From: Solirubrobacteraceae bacterium | GTDB lineage: Bacteria; Actinomycetota; Thermoleophilia; Solirubrobacterales; Solirubrobacteraceae | Length of the DNA stretch: 51,342 bases | Assembly: GCA_035719985.1 (NCBI GenBank) | Contig: DASTPN010000010.1 | Span: forward strand, 1-51,342 | Direction: 5' to 3' | Part shown: in pieces, positions 41,401 to 49,428 of the stretch | How positions within the stretch are numbered: position 1 is the first letter of the stretch | Layout of the letters: each line of letters starts with the position of its first letter | Made by a program: the position numbers and the translations under genes | Notes under the pieces: model-generated | The model's database searches: none | Seen by the model: only the letters and a program-made list of their open reading frames with translations | What the model was told of the DNA's origin: nothing

Positions 41401-42102
41401 GCTCTTGGTCTGCACGCAAAGCAGCGCGGTGTGGTGGTCGTAGTCCTCGCGGCGCAGGTAGTGCACGTCGCCGGTGCCGACCAGCGAACCGCCCATCTCG
41501 CGAGCGATCGAGACGATCCCCTGGTTGCACTTCTCCTGCTCGGCCAGACCGTTCTTCTGCAGCTCGAAATAGACGTTCTCGGCGCCGAAGATATTCACCA
41601 GATCCTCAGCATGCGCGCGCGCATCCTGCGGCCGGTCATCCAGCAGCCGCTGGCAGAAGCGCGAGGCAAGGCAACCCGTCAGGGCGATGATCCCCTCAGA
41701 GCGCGCTTGCAATTGGGCGAGGTCGAGCGTCGGCTTGCCGCGATGCAGCCCCTCCAGGAAGCCCAGCGAGGAGAGCTGCACAAGGTTGCGGTAGCCGGCG
41801 TCGTCGCGGGCCAGCAGCGTCAGGTGGTTGCGCTCCTTCTTGGTGGACCCGCCAGCCGCCGTAGCCTTGCCCGCGCTGTGGTCATCGACGAGATAGATCT
41901 CACAGCCGAAGATCGGCTTGATGTTGTGCTTGGAGCAGGCCTTATGCAGCTCGACCATACCGTTCATGACGCCGTGATCGGTCAGCCCGAGCGCAGGTTG
42001 GTCGAACTCGGCGGCACGCCTGGCAAGCGCCTCAATCTTGCAGGCGCCGTCGAGCAGCGAGTACTCGGAGTGGACGTGCAGGTGGGCGCAGGGATCGGTC
42101 AC
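38494..42102 (-). CDS. dnaE: DNA polymerase III alpha subunit
   Basis: HLHVHSEYSLLDGA PHP domain, GPGRGSAAGS, PDIDID, KMDFLGL, GVFQFES, YRPG, FNKSH, OB fold; start GTG 42102; no intein seen. Confidence 0.97.
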   Translation of the reverse strand: MTDPCAHLHVHSEYSLLDGACKIEALARRAAEFDQPALGLTDHGVMNGMVELHKACSKHNIKPIFGCEIYLVDDHSAGKATAAGGSTKKERNHLTLLARDDAGYRNLVQLSSLGFLEGLHRGKPTLDLAQLQARSEGIIALTGCLASRFCQRLLDDRPQDARAHAEDLVNIFGAENVYFELQKNGLAEQEKCNQGIVSIAREMGGSLVGTGDVHYLRREDYDHHTALLCVQTKSTLAQPKMTFDTNEFYLRDNAEMATAFAQWPEAIANTVQIAERCNVKLQLGGQLIPKYATPDESGEREYLRARVQEGMRIRYGDPPPAHAVERMEMELGVIDRMGFNAYFLIVWDFVSYAKQNGIAVGPGRGSAAGSLVSYCLQITDVDPLRYDLLFERFLNPERVSMPDIDIDFSVRGRERVMRYVTEKYGRESVAQIVTFGKMFPRAATRDAARVLGYDYGAGDRLAKLIPDPIMGRSPSFDECLKGGEALRKVYDEEPDARRIVDVAKGLEGIVRNSSIHAAAVVIADRPLTDIVPLQLADAGTGEDGERAYRTVTQFSMKPIEEIGLLKMDFLGLRNLDVIEDALDIIERSNPGAGRLDMSKLPLDDARTYEMLARGDSVGVFQFESEGMQAALEKVQPDEFDDLVALNALYRPGAMDQIPVYARGKRNPEQISYRDERLRPILQSSKGVILYQEQAMQISKELAGFSGAKADDLRKAIGKKNREAMAALKPEFVEGCRASGTSPDVIEFLWQTNEKSADYSFNKSHAACYGLIAYRTAWLKANHTAEYMAALISSVMSTKDKVPFFVARCEEMGIEILPPDVNLSDHEFTVVDSNIRFGLDAVKGVGYQAVEAIKRARDGSDPAHPNPRRPFDSLWDFCERVDSRAVNKKAIEALIKCGALGSTGDSRKGMLTVLEAAQAAGQKAQQDALVGQGSIFDLEPAANGPSAGAGEGRAVPGASLMRPSHPPIPSEEFEQAELLAVEKEAIGLFISAHPLKPMREALRARADCSLSALAGRRDKDWVSVGGIITESKRIRTRNGDHMMFATLDDLEGAVEMLVFGKALAEHEAALAVDQVVLVRGRVDHKEAGKTCLVVQSVEAFAPSEEEIERADKAARSTRMAEQAAAEPVRLQVDATRLPAGAIEEIKDIIETHKGAAEVVLEMITSAGTRILRLGEDYRVQHTPFVRAELEAALSPSPALAATA

Positions 42103-42151
42103 GGCAGCCCGCTGATGGTATGCCCCGGAGCGGTCGGACCGAGGGGGGCGA

Positions 42152-42793
42152 TCAGGCGCTTTGTCGCTGTTTGCGCTTGTTGCGCCAGCGCCCGATGGCA
42201 GACATGCTGTGCTTGTGCGATGGGCGCGCGGGAACGCGCTCTGGCTGAGCGCGGACGTGCTCGCCGGCTGCCTCTGTGGACTCGGACTCGACAGCGCTGG
42301 AAACGTGCTGGAGGGTGTCGTGCTGGAGGGTGTCGGACTCAGGCTCGACCGTCTTGACCTCATCCACACGTGCACGCAGACGCTCAACCGCGGAGGCGAG
42401 CGCGTCGACCATCTCGGCGCGATGCTCTGCCGCGACGGTGTCCTCGGCGCTCGGAGGGGCGGGTTGGACGGCACTTGCCTGCAGCGCTTGGCGCAGCGAG
42501 CCCGCCAGCTCACTCAGCTCGCCGACAAGCCCCCGCATCCGCGCTCCGGCCTGCAGCGCTTCTTCGAGCAATGCTTCGACCTGCTCTAGCCGTCGCTCGG
42601 CGTCCAGCCGGCGACGTTCGGCGGCGAAGCAGCGGCCTTCGGTCTGCAGGCGCTGCTCCTCGGCCGTGCGAGCGCGCTCTTCAGCCAGGCGGACGCGCTC
42701 CTCGACGTGTGCCACGGCATCAGCCGCCGGCGCGTCGTTGTGGTCGTTGTGGTCGTGGTGCCACTCGCTGCGCTCGGCCATGGCCATCGCCAT
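42152..42793 (-). CDS. hypothetical coiled-coil protein with short tandem repeats
   Basis: E/R/A-rich helical sequence filling the argG-dnaE gap; HHDHNDHND and DTLQH x2. Confidence 0.6.
   Translation of the reverse strand: MAMAMAERSEWHHDHNDHNDAPAADAVAHVEERVRLAEERARTAEEQRLQTEGRCFAAERRRLDAERRLEQVEALLEEALQAGARMRGLVGELSELAGSLRQALQASAVQPAPPSAEDTVAAEHRAEMVDALASAVERLRARVDEVKTVEPESDTLQHDTLQHVSSAVESESTEAAGEHVRAQPERVPARPSHKHSMSAIGRWRNKRKQRQSA
42304..42335. repeat. 15-bp tandem duplication (CGTGCTGGAGGGTGT x2)
   Basis: read directly; encodes DTLQH-DTLQH. Confidence 0.9.
42734..42760. repeat. 9-bp tandem repeat x3 (GTCGTTGTG, GTCGTTGTG, GTCGTGGTG)
   Basis: read directly; encodes HHD-HND-HND. Confidence 0.85.
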
Positions 42794-42817
42794 CCACCCT
42801 ACGCGCGGCGGCGGACG

Positions 42818-44092
42818 TCAATCGTTGCGAAGGCGCCAGGCCATTCGCGACTGCAGAGACCACAGCTCGATGAAGCCGGGCGACGCGGTTTGTGAGAACA
42901 GGCCGCCGGACTCCGCAAAGGAGGCCAACGACTGGTCATAGACCGCGTTGGGAGAGGAGCGCGTGATAACACGCGCGTGGCCCTTGTACAGCTTGACGCC
43001 GATCGTGCCGCTGACCTGGGCATTGACGCTGTCGATATACGCGTCGAGGTCGCCTCGCAGCGGCTCCCACCACAGCCCGGCGTAGACCAGGTAGGCCCAC
43101 TGGCGATCCAGTTGCGGCTTGAACTGGTTCTGGTGGATCGTGCAGACGAGCTTCTCGAGCTCTTGATGGGCCGTGAGCAGCACCGTGGCGGCCGGCACCT
43201 CGTAGATATCGCGCACCTTTAGCCCGACGATCCGGTCCTCGATGTGATCGACGATGCCAACGCCGTGGCGGGCGGCGATCTCGGCCACCGCTTCCAGCAG
43301 CGCCACCAGCTCCATAGGCTTGCCGTTCAGAGCGATTGGCACACCCCGCTCGAACTCGACCTCAACCGTCTCGGCCTGATCAGGCGCGCGCTCGGGCGGG
43401 GTGACCAGCTGGAAGACGTCCTCCTCGGGCGCGTGGTCGAGATCCTCGATCCAGCGACCCTCCGAGGAGCGACCCCAGAGGTTGTCGTCGATCGAATAAG
43501 GCGCCACCTCGGAGCCTTGGCCGGGAGCGGACTTGATCGGGATGCCGTGCTCGTTGGCATAGGCGATCTCCTCGTCGCGCCCCATCTTCCAAGAGCGCAC
43601 GGGCGCGATCGTCTTCAGCTCCGGCGCCAGCGTGGCGACAGTCGCCTCGATGCGCACCTGATCGTTGCCCTTGCCGGTGCAGCCGTGGGCAATCGTGTCG
43701 CAGCCGGACAGGCGCGCGTAATCGACGGCGAGCTTTGCTATCAGCGGCCGCCCCAGCGCCGTGAACAGGGGATAGCCGCCGCCGTAGAGTGCGTTGGCCT
43801 TGATCGCCGGCGCGACGTATTCGCGCGCGAACTGCTCGCGGGCGTCGACTACGTGGCATTCGAGCGCGCCGAGCTGCTTCGCCTTGCCTTCGATCACCTC
43901 ATAGTCCTCGCCAGGCTGGCCGAGGTTGACCGTCAGGCAGACGACCTCAGCCTGATACTGGTCCTGAATCCACTTGAGCATCACGCTCGTGTCCAGGCCG
44001 CCGGAGTAGAGCAAGAGGACACGGTTGACCTCGGCGGGGTCGGCCTCGTAAGAGGCGGTTGGAGGCGGAAGCGTGTGTGGCGAGTCGCTCAT
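42818..44092 (-). CDS. argG: argininosuccinate synthase
   Basis: LYSGGLDTS, AHGCTGKGNDQVR, YSIDDNLWGRS.E, DHIEDR.VG.K.R..YE; start ATG 44092. Confidence 0.97.
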   Translation of the reverse strand: MSDSPHTLPPPTASYEADPAEVNRVLLLYSGGLDTSVMLKWIQDQYQAEVVCLTVNLGQPGEDYEVIEGKAKQLGALECHVVDAREQFAREYVAPAIKANALYGGGYPLFTALGRPLIAKLAVDYARLSGCDTIAHGCTGKGNDQVRIEATVATLAPELKTIAPVRSWKMGRDEEIAYANEHGIPIKSAPGQGSEVAPYSIDDNLWGRSSEGRWIEDLDHAPEEDVFQLVTPPERAPDQAETVEVEFERGVPIALNGKPMELVALLEAVAEIAARHGVGIVDHIEDRIVGLKVRDIYEVPAATVLLTAHQELEKLVCTIHQNQFKPQLDRQWAYLVYAGLWWEPLRGDLDAYIDSVNAQVSGTIGVKLYKGHARVITRSSPNAVYDQSLASFAESGGLFSQTASPGFIELWSLQSRMAWRLRND

Positions 44093-44171
44093 TAGATGAA
44101 CCGTCGAGAGCCGAGCCACCTGCTGAGGGGCTCGTCGTTCGCAGGCCGGCGAACCTTATCCGGCGCGAAGC

Positions 44172-44927
44172 TCAAAAGACGACCAGACGCGCAATCGCGA
44201 CGAGGCCAACCACCACGATCAGCCCTCTCAGGACAGCCGGGTGCAACCGCCGTCCGTAGCGCGCTCCCACCTGAGCACCGACGATCGACCCGAGCGCGAT
44301 GGTCCCTGCCGGCGCCCACTCCACGTGCGCGGCCACCACGAAGAAGAGGCCAGCTATACCGTTGACCAACCCCGCGAGCACGTTCTTCAAGGCGTTCGTT
44401 CGGTGCAGATCCTGCCTCAGCGCCAGTCCCAGCAGCGCCAGCAGGAGTATCCCTTGGGCGGCGCCAAAGTAACCCCCGTACACCCCGATGGCGAACAGCG
44501 CCAACAGCGTGACCGGATGCTCGCCGTGCTCGCGGCCGGGGGAGCGGCTCGCCAACACCGCTGCCAGGCGCGGTTGCAGGATCACCAGAGCCAGCGCTAT
44601 CGCAATGAACGCGGGCACGATCGCCTCGAACGCCGACGCCGGCAGCACCAGCAACAGCGCCGCTCCGGTCACGCCTCCGAGCGCCGACACGACGCCCAGT
44701 CGCTTTGCCCTCTGCGCCTGTCCGGCGAGCTCACGCCGGTAGCCGATCGCCCCCGACAGCGAGCCCGGCACCAGGCCGACCGAGTTGGTCACGTTGGCCG
44801 TTACGGGGGCATAGCCAAAGGCCAGCAACACCGGGAAGGTAATTAGCGTCCCGCTGCCAACTACCGCGTTGATCGTGCCGGCCGCGAACCCGGCCAGTGC
44901 GATCGCCAGAGCCTCACCTACGCCCAT
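44172..44927 (-). CDS. TauE/SafE (TSUP) family permease
   Basis: AG.INAVVGSG.LITFP.L, GVYGGYFGAAQG, NALKN; about 8 TM segments. Confidence 0.9.
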   Translation of the reverse strand: MGVGEALAIALAGFAAGTINAVVGSGTLITFPVLLAFGYAPVTANVTNSVGLVPGSLSGAIGYRRELAGQAQRAKRLGVVSALGGVTGAALLLVLPASAFEAIVPAFIAIALALVILQPRLAAVLASRSPGREHGEHPVTLLALFAIGVYGGYFGAAQGILLLALLGLALRQDLHRTNALKNVLAGLVNGIAGLFFVVAAHVEWAPAGTIALGSIVGAQVGARYGRRLHPAVLRGLIVVVGLVAIARLVVF

Positions 44928-45020
44928 CGACGCTCTGATTGGGCGCCATTGGCGCTCGGCTCCCCATTCACGTGGGGAACTCGACTCTCGACTGGGCAAA
45001 GCGCGGCGCGGCGAGCAAAG

Positions 45021-46181
45021 CTATGTCACGCTAAGCGCTCGCTCCAACCGCGCGAGCGCCTCGTCGATCTCCTCATCGGAGACGGTCAGCGGCGGCAACA
45101 GCCTGAGCGTGGTGGGGCCGGTGGCATTGGTCACGAGTTTCTCTACGAGCAGCATCCGGCGCACAGCCGCCGGCGCGTCGATATCCAACTCGCAGGCCAG
45201 CATCAACCCGCGCCCGCGCACCGCGAGCACATGCGGCAGCCTCGCCAGACCCTCGGCCAGACGCGCCCCTAGCTCGCGCACGCGACCCAGCAGCTCGGCG
45301 TCGTCGGTCAGCTCCAGCGCCGCCAGCGCTGCGCTTGCCACGACCGGTCCGCCCGCGAAGGTCGAGCCGTGATCGCCTGGCTGCAGCACGTCCCCGTAGG
45401 GGGGCGCCGTGATGAGTGCGCCGATCGGCAGCCCCCCGCCGAGCGCCTTGGCGCTCGTCAGTAGGTCGGGCGCGACGCCGGTCTGCTCGTACGCCCAAAG
45501 CGTGCCGGTGCGCCCCATCCCACACTGCACCTCGTCGAACACGAGCAGCGCTGAGTGCTCATCGCAGGCTCGCCGGGCAGCCGCCAGCAGCTCCTCGGAG
45601 AGCACGTGCACACCGGTCTCGCCTTGGATCGGCTCGAGGATGACAGCGGCGGTGTGCTCATCGATCGCTGCCGTAAGCGCGTCGGGCTCGGCGGCGACGG
45701 CGCGAAAGCCGGGGACGAGCGGCGCGAACGGCGCCTGCTTTGACTCCTGTGGAGTGGCCGACAGAGCGCCGTAGGTGCGGCCGTGAAAGGCGCCGAGCAC
45801 GGTCACGACATCGCCGCCTTGCTTGGCCTTGCGAGCCAGCTTGATTGCCGCCTCATTGGCCTCGGCGCCCGAGTTGCACAGAAACACCTTGCCGCCGAGG
45901 CTCGACCCGGCCAGGCGCTCGGACAGCCGCATTGCGGGCTCCGTGTAGAACAGGTTGCCGACGTGCATCAGGCGCCCAGCCTGCTCGCGCACCGCCTCGA
46001 GCACCGCCGGGTGGCAGTGCCCGAGCGAGGTGACAGAGATGCCGCAGAGGAAGTCGAGGTACTCGGCGCCGTCGGCGTCCCACAGCCGCATTCCCTCGCC
46101 GCGCACGAACTCGACGGGGAAGCGCGCATAGGAGGGAATCACCGAGCCGCGCTCGAGATCCTGCAGTTCGGCGAGGCTCAT
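45021..46181 (-). CDS. argD: acetylornithine aminotransferase
   Basis: YLDF..GI....GH, NSGAEANEAAIK, FHGRT, EPIQGE.G, FDEVQ.G.GRTG, AKALGGGLPIGA, HGSTF. Confidence 0.94.
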   Translation of the reverse strand: MSLAELQDLERGSVIPSYARFPVEFVRGEGMRLWDADGAEYLDFLCGISVTSLGHCHPAVLEAVREQAGRLMHVGNLFYTEPAMRLSERLAGSSLGGKVFLCNSGAEANEAAIKLARKAKQGGDVVTVLGAFHGRTYGALSATPQESKQAPFAPLVPGFRAVAAEPDALTAAIDEHTAAVILEPIQGETGVHVLSEELLAAARRACDEHSALLVFDEVQCGMGRTGTLWAYEQTGVAPDLLTSAKALGGGLPIGALITAPPYGDVLQPGDHGSTFAGGPVVASAALAALELTDDAELLGRVRELGARLAEGLARLPHVLAVRGRGLMLACELDIDAPAAVRRMLLVEKLVTNATGPTTLRLLPPLTVSDEEIDEALARLERALSVT

Positions 46182-47026
46182 GCGGCGGCTTGGATCTTCG
46201 TGCCAATGCCGGCATCGGTGAACAGCTCCAACAGCAACGAATGCGGGATGCGGCCGTCGAGGATGTGCGCGGAGTTGACGCCGCCGCCGATCGCCTGCAC
46301 GCAGGCGGCGAGCTTTGGGCGCATCCCGCCCTCCAGCGAGCCAAGCTTGTCCTGCACCTGACGGTCGGTGGCCTGACCGATCAGAGAATCGGGGTCACCA
46401 GGATCGGACAGCCAGCCCTTGACATCGGTGAGGAACACGATCTTGTAGGCGCCGAGCTCGGCGGCGACCGCGCCGGCGGCCTCGTCGGCGTTGACGTTGT
46501 AGGAGTTGCCCTCACGGTCGGCGCCGACCGAGGCGATCACGGGTATGTAGTCGGAGGCGACGTGCTTGAGCACGTCGACGTTGACACGCTCGATCTGCCC
46601 GACGAAGCCGATGTCCTCGCCGCCCGGCGCCGCCCGGCGAGCGACGCGGAACAGCGATCCATCGTCGCCGCACAACCCGACGGCTGGTTGGCCGTGGCGG
46701 GAGAGGCGCAGCACTATCTCCTTGTTGACCTTGCCGACCAGCACCATCTTCGCCACCTCGACGGTGGCGGGATCGGACACGCGCAGCCCGGAGACGAACT
46801 GCACCGGCATCCCCAGCCGCTCCATGTAGCTTGTGATTTCCGGCCCGCCGCCGTGCACGACAATCGGGTTCAGCCCGACGTACTTGAGCAGCACGACGTC
46901 GCGCGCGAACTCCTCACGCAACGCGGGATCCTCCATCGCAGCGCCGCCGTACTTGATCACGACGGTCTTGCCGTGGAACTCGCGGATATAAGGCAGAGCC
47001 TCGAGCAGGGTGGCTACGTCGCGCAT
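46178..47026 (-). CDS. argB: acetylglutamate kinase
   Basis: EALPYI, VIKYGGAAM, VHGGGPEI, GLRV, NVNAD, GGM.PK, LLLELFT..G.GT. Confidence 0.97.
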   Translation of the reverse strand: MRDVATLLEALPYIREFHGKTVVIKYGGAAMEDPALREEFARDVVLLKYVGLNPIVVHGGGPEITSYMERLGMPVQFVSGLRVSDPATVEVAKMVLVGKVNKEIVLRLSRHGQPAVGLCGDDGSLFRVARRAAPGGEDIGFVGQIERVNVDVLKHVASDYIPVIASVGADREGNSYNVNADEAAGAVAAELGAYKIVFLTDVKGWLSDPGDPDSLIGQATDRQVQDKLGSLEGGMRPKLAACVQAIGGGVNSAHILDGRIPHSLLLELFTDAGIGTKIQAAA

Positions 47027-47060
47027 GGCCGCTGTCCCCTCGTGTGGTGTGGTCGGAGTC

Positions 47061-48365
47061 TCATGTCGTGTAATCCGCATTGATCGTCACGTACTCGTGC
47101 GAGAGGTCGGAGAAGAACACCTCGGTCTCGGCGCCGTCACCCGGAAGTGTGATCTCGTATTCGATCTCCTTGCCCTTGACCGCCTCGGCCAGCGTGGCCT
47201 CGTCGCAGTCGATGGCGGCGCCGGCGGAGCAGACTTGGATGCCCTCGATGTGGACGTCCAGCGGCAGGTGAGCGCCTTGCAGCCCAGCGCCGCCGAGGGC
47301 GCCGCCGACGGCCTGCACGATCCGCCCCCAATTGGGGTCCGCTCCATGCAGTGCGGCCTTCACCAGCGGCGAGTTGGCGACCGCGCGCGCGGCGGTCTCG
47401 ACGCGATCCTGATCGCCGCCACGTACGAGCACCCGCGCGATCCGCCCTGCCCCCTCACCGTCGGCGACCATCAGGATCGCGAGTTGGCGCATCAGCGCGT
47501 CCAGCGCCTCGCCTAGGCGCAGCTCGTCCTCGCTCTCAGGGACCACGACTACACCGCTCTCTCCCGAGCAGATCAGCGCGGCCGTGTCGTTAGTGGAGAG
47601 CTGCCCGTCAACCGAGCAGCGGTCGAACGAGCGCGCCGTGCACACCGACAGAAGCAGCTGCGCCGTCTCGGGCGCCAGCTTGGCGTCGGTCTCCACGAAG
47701 CAGAACATCGTGGCAAAGCGCGGCGAGATCATCCCCGCCCCCTTGCACTGCGCGCTCAGCCGCACCTCGCCGGAAGGCAGCGTTACGAGCAGATTGGCGC
47801 GCTTCTCGAAGGCGTCGGTCGTCTGGATCGCCTGCTGGAAGCTGACGTCCCCAGGTTGGGCAAGCTCACGACTCGCGTCGAGGATGCCGCGCAGCATCTT
47901 CTCCACGGGCAGGTAGTCGCTGATCCCGCCGGTCGAGCCGAGCAGCACCTCGCTGGGGTCGATCCCGAGCGCCATCGCCGCCGCTCCCTGGGTCTTGGCC
48001 GCGTCATCCATCCCGCGTTTGCCGGTGGCGGCATTGGCACAGCCGGAGTTGGCGAGGATCGCCCGCAGCGATGACAGCGTGCAGCGCTCACGGCTGAGCA
48101 TCACCGGCGCGGCCGGAGCGGCCGTGTCAGCGAAGCGCGCCGCGCTGACCGGCTCGGCGGCGTCGCAAACGAGCAGCCCCACGTCGGGGTTGCCTGACGG
48201 CTTGATCCCACAGGCCACACCGGCCGCGCGAAATCCTGCGGGAAGCCCGGCGTCGGGACCAAGCTCGCTGACGTGCTCGGGCGCCAGCACCCAGCGCGAG
48301 TGAAAGAACGGCTGCGGTGGCCCGGCCGCTGCCTGATCGCCGCGGATCTCTGTGCCGGCGCTCAT
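47061..48365 (-). CDS. argJ: ornithine acetyltransferase / N-acetylglutamate synthase
   Basis: NSGCANAATG, STG.I, TTD, KGAGMI.P..ATM, DG..STND, DGEG, SPLVK.A..G.DPNWGR, YVTINADYTT; start uncertain (48365 or 48404). Confidence 0.95.
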   Translation of the reverse strand: MSAGTEIRGDQAAAGPPQPFFHSRWVLAPEHVSELGPDAGLPAGFRAAGVACGIKPSGNPDVGLLVCDAAEPVSAARFADTAAPAAPVMLSRERCTLSSLRAILANSGCANAATGKRGMDDAAKTQGAAAMALGIDPSEVLLGSTGGISDYLPVEKMLRGILDASRELAQPGDVSFQQAIQTTDAFEKRANLLVTLPSGEVRLSAQCKGAGMISPRFATMFCFVETDAKLAPETAQLLLSVCTARSFDRCSVDGQLSTNDTAALICSGESGVVVVPESEDELRLGEALDALMRQLAILMVADGEGAGRIARVLVRGGDQDRVETAARAVANSPLVKAALHGADPNWGRIVQAVGGALGGAGLQGAHLPLDVHIEGIQVCSAGAAIDCDEATLAEAVKGKEIEYEITLPGDGAETEVFFSDLSHEYVTINADYTT

Positions 48366-48405
48366 GCCAGCGAGCCCCAGAAGTTCGCATGGCGCGCGTA
48401 CCATC

Positions 48406-49428
48406 TCACAACAGTCCCTCGGTCTCTTCGTATCCATACATCAGGTTGAGGTTCTGCACGGCTTGCGAGGAGGTTCCCTTCCACAGGTTGTCGATCGCCG
48501 ACAGCACGACCAGCTTGCCGGTGTGCTCGCTGGCAGCGACGTGGATGCGACAGACGTTCGTCTCGCGCACGTCGCGCACCTCCGAGGGGGCGGTGGAGAT
48601 CTCCACGAACGGCTCGCCGGCGTAGGCGTCCTCGTACATGACGTCCAGCTCGTCTTGCTCGACCGCCCGTGTCGGCGTCACGTAACAGTTGACCAGCTCG
48701 CCCTGGTCGAGCGGGACCAGATGAGGCGTGAACTGGACACGCAGGTCCACGCCAAGGCCGGCCAACTGCTCCTCGATCTCGGGCGTATGGCGGTGGTGAA
48801 CGATGTTGTAGGGAAGGATGTTCTCGCCGCTATTGGAAAAGTGCGTCTGCCAGGTGGCCGCCCGTCCGGCGCCTGAAAGCCCTTGCTTGGCGTCGATCAC
48901 CAGGTCGGCGATCAGACCGGCGCGTGCCAGCGGCGCCAGGCCCAGCACCGAGGCGGTCGGGTAGCAACCCGGGTTGGCGACGATCGCGGCCTGGGGTATC
49001 CGTTCTCGGTGAAGCTCGGTCAGCCCGTACACGGCCTGGCCGAGCAGATCGGCGCGGGGATGCACTCCGTAATAGCGCTCATAGGTGGCCAGGTCGCTCA
49101 GGCGAAAGTCGGCACTCAGGTCAACGACGCGCACTTCGCGCTCCAGCAGCGCGCCGACGGTCGGGGCCGCTGCCGCGTGCGGGTAGGCGACGACGGCCAC
49201 GTCGATCTCGCCGAGTTCATCTGTGTCGAGCTCCTGCAGACGCAGCGGCACGCGGTAGCGCGGATACAGGTCGCTCAGAAGCTCTCCTATGTCCGAGCGG
49301 CCGGTTACCGCCGCCAGCTCGAAACGGGGATGGCGCCAAAGCAGATGTGCGGCCAGCGCCCCGGCAAACCCGGTCGCGCCCGCGACGAGCACCCGTGGCG
49401 AGCCACTCTGGAAGCTCTGCTCAGCCAC
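48406..49428 (-). CDS. argC: N-acetyl-gamma-glutamyl-phosphate reductase
   Basis: GATGFAG, DLSADFRL, ANPGCYPT, SGAGR, HRH.PEI, IDNL.KG...QAVQN.N; GTG start overlaps the pheT end. Confidence 0.96.
   Translation of the reverse strand: MAEQSFQSGSPRVLVAGATGFAGALAAHLLWRHPRFELAAVTGRSDIGELLSDLYPRYRVPLRLQELDTDELGEIDVAVVAYPHAAAAPTVGALLEREVRVVDLSADFRLSDLATYERYYGVHPRADLLGQAVYGLTELHRERIPQAAIVANPGCYPTASVLGLAPLARAGLIADLVIDAKQGLSGAGRAATWQTHFSNSGENILPYNIVHHRHTPEIEEQLAGLGVDLRVQFTPHLVPLDQGELVNCYVTPTRAVEQDELDVMYEDAYAGEPFVEISTAPSEVRDVRETNVCRIHVAASEHTGKLVVLSAIDNLWKGTSSQAVQNLNLMYGYEETEGLL

Noticed and set aside
42103-42513. 136-aa N-terminal extension of DnaE in the ORF track
   Set aside because: Overlaps the 42152-42793 ORF in another frame; the PHP motif begins right after GTG 42102
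44961-44980. Hairpin TCCCCA-N7-TGGGGA between argD and tauE
   Set aside because: Short single stem with no U tract; at most an ordinary 3' stabiliser
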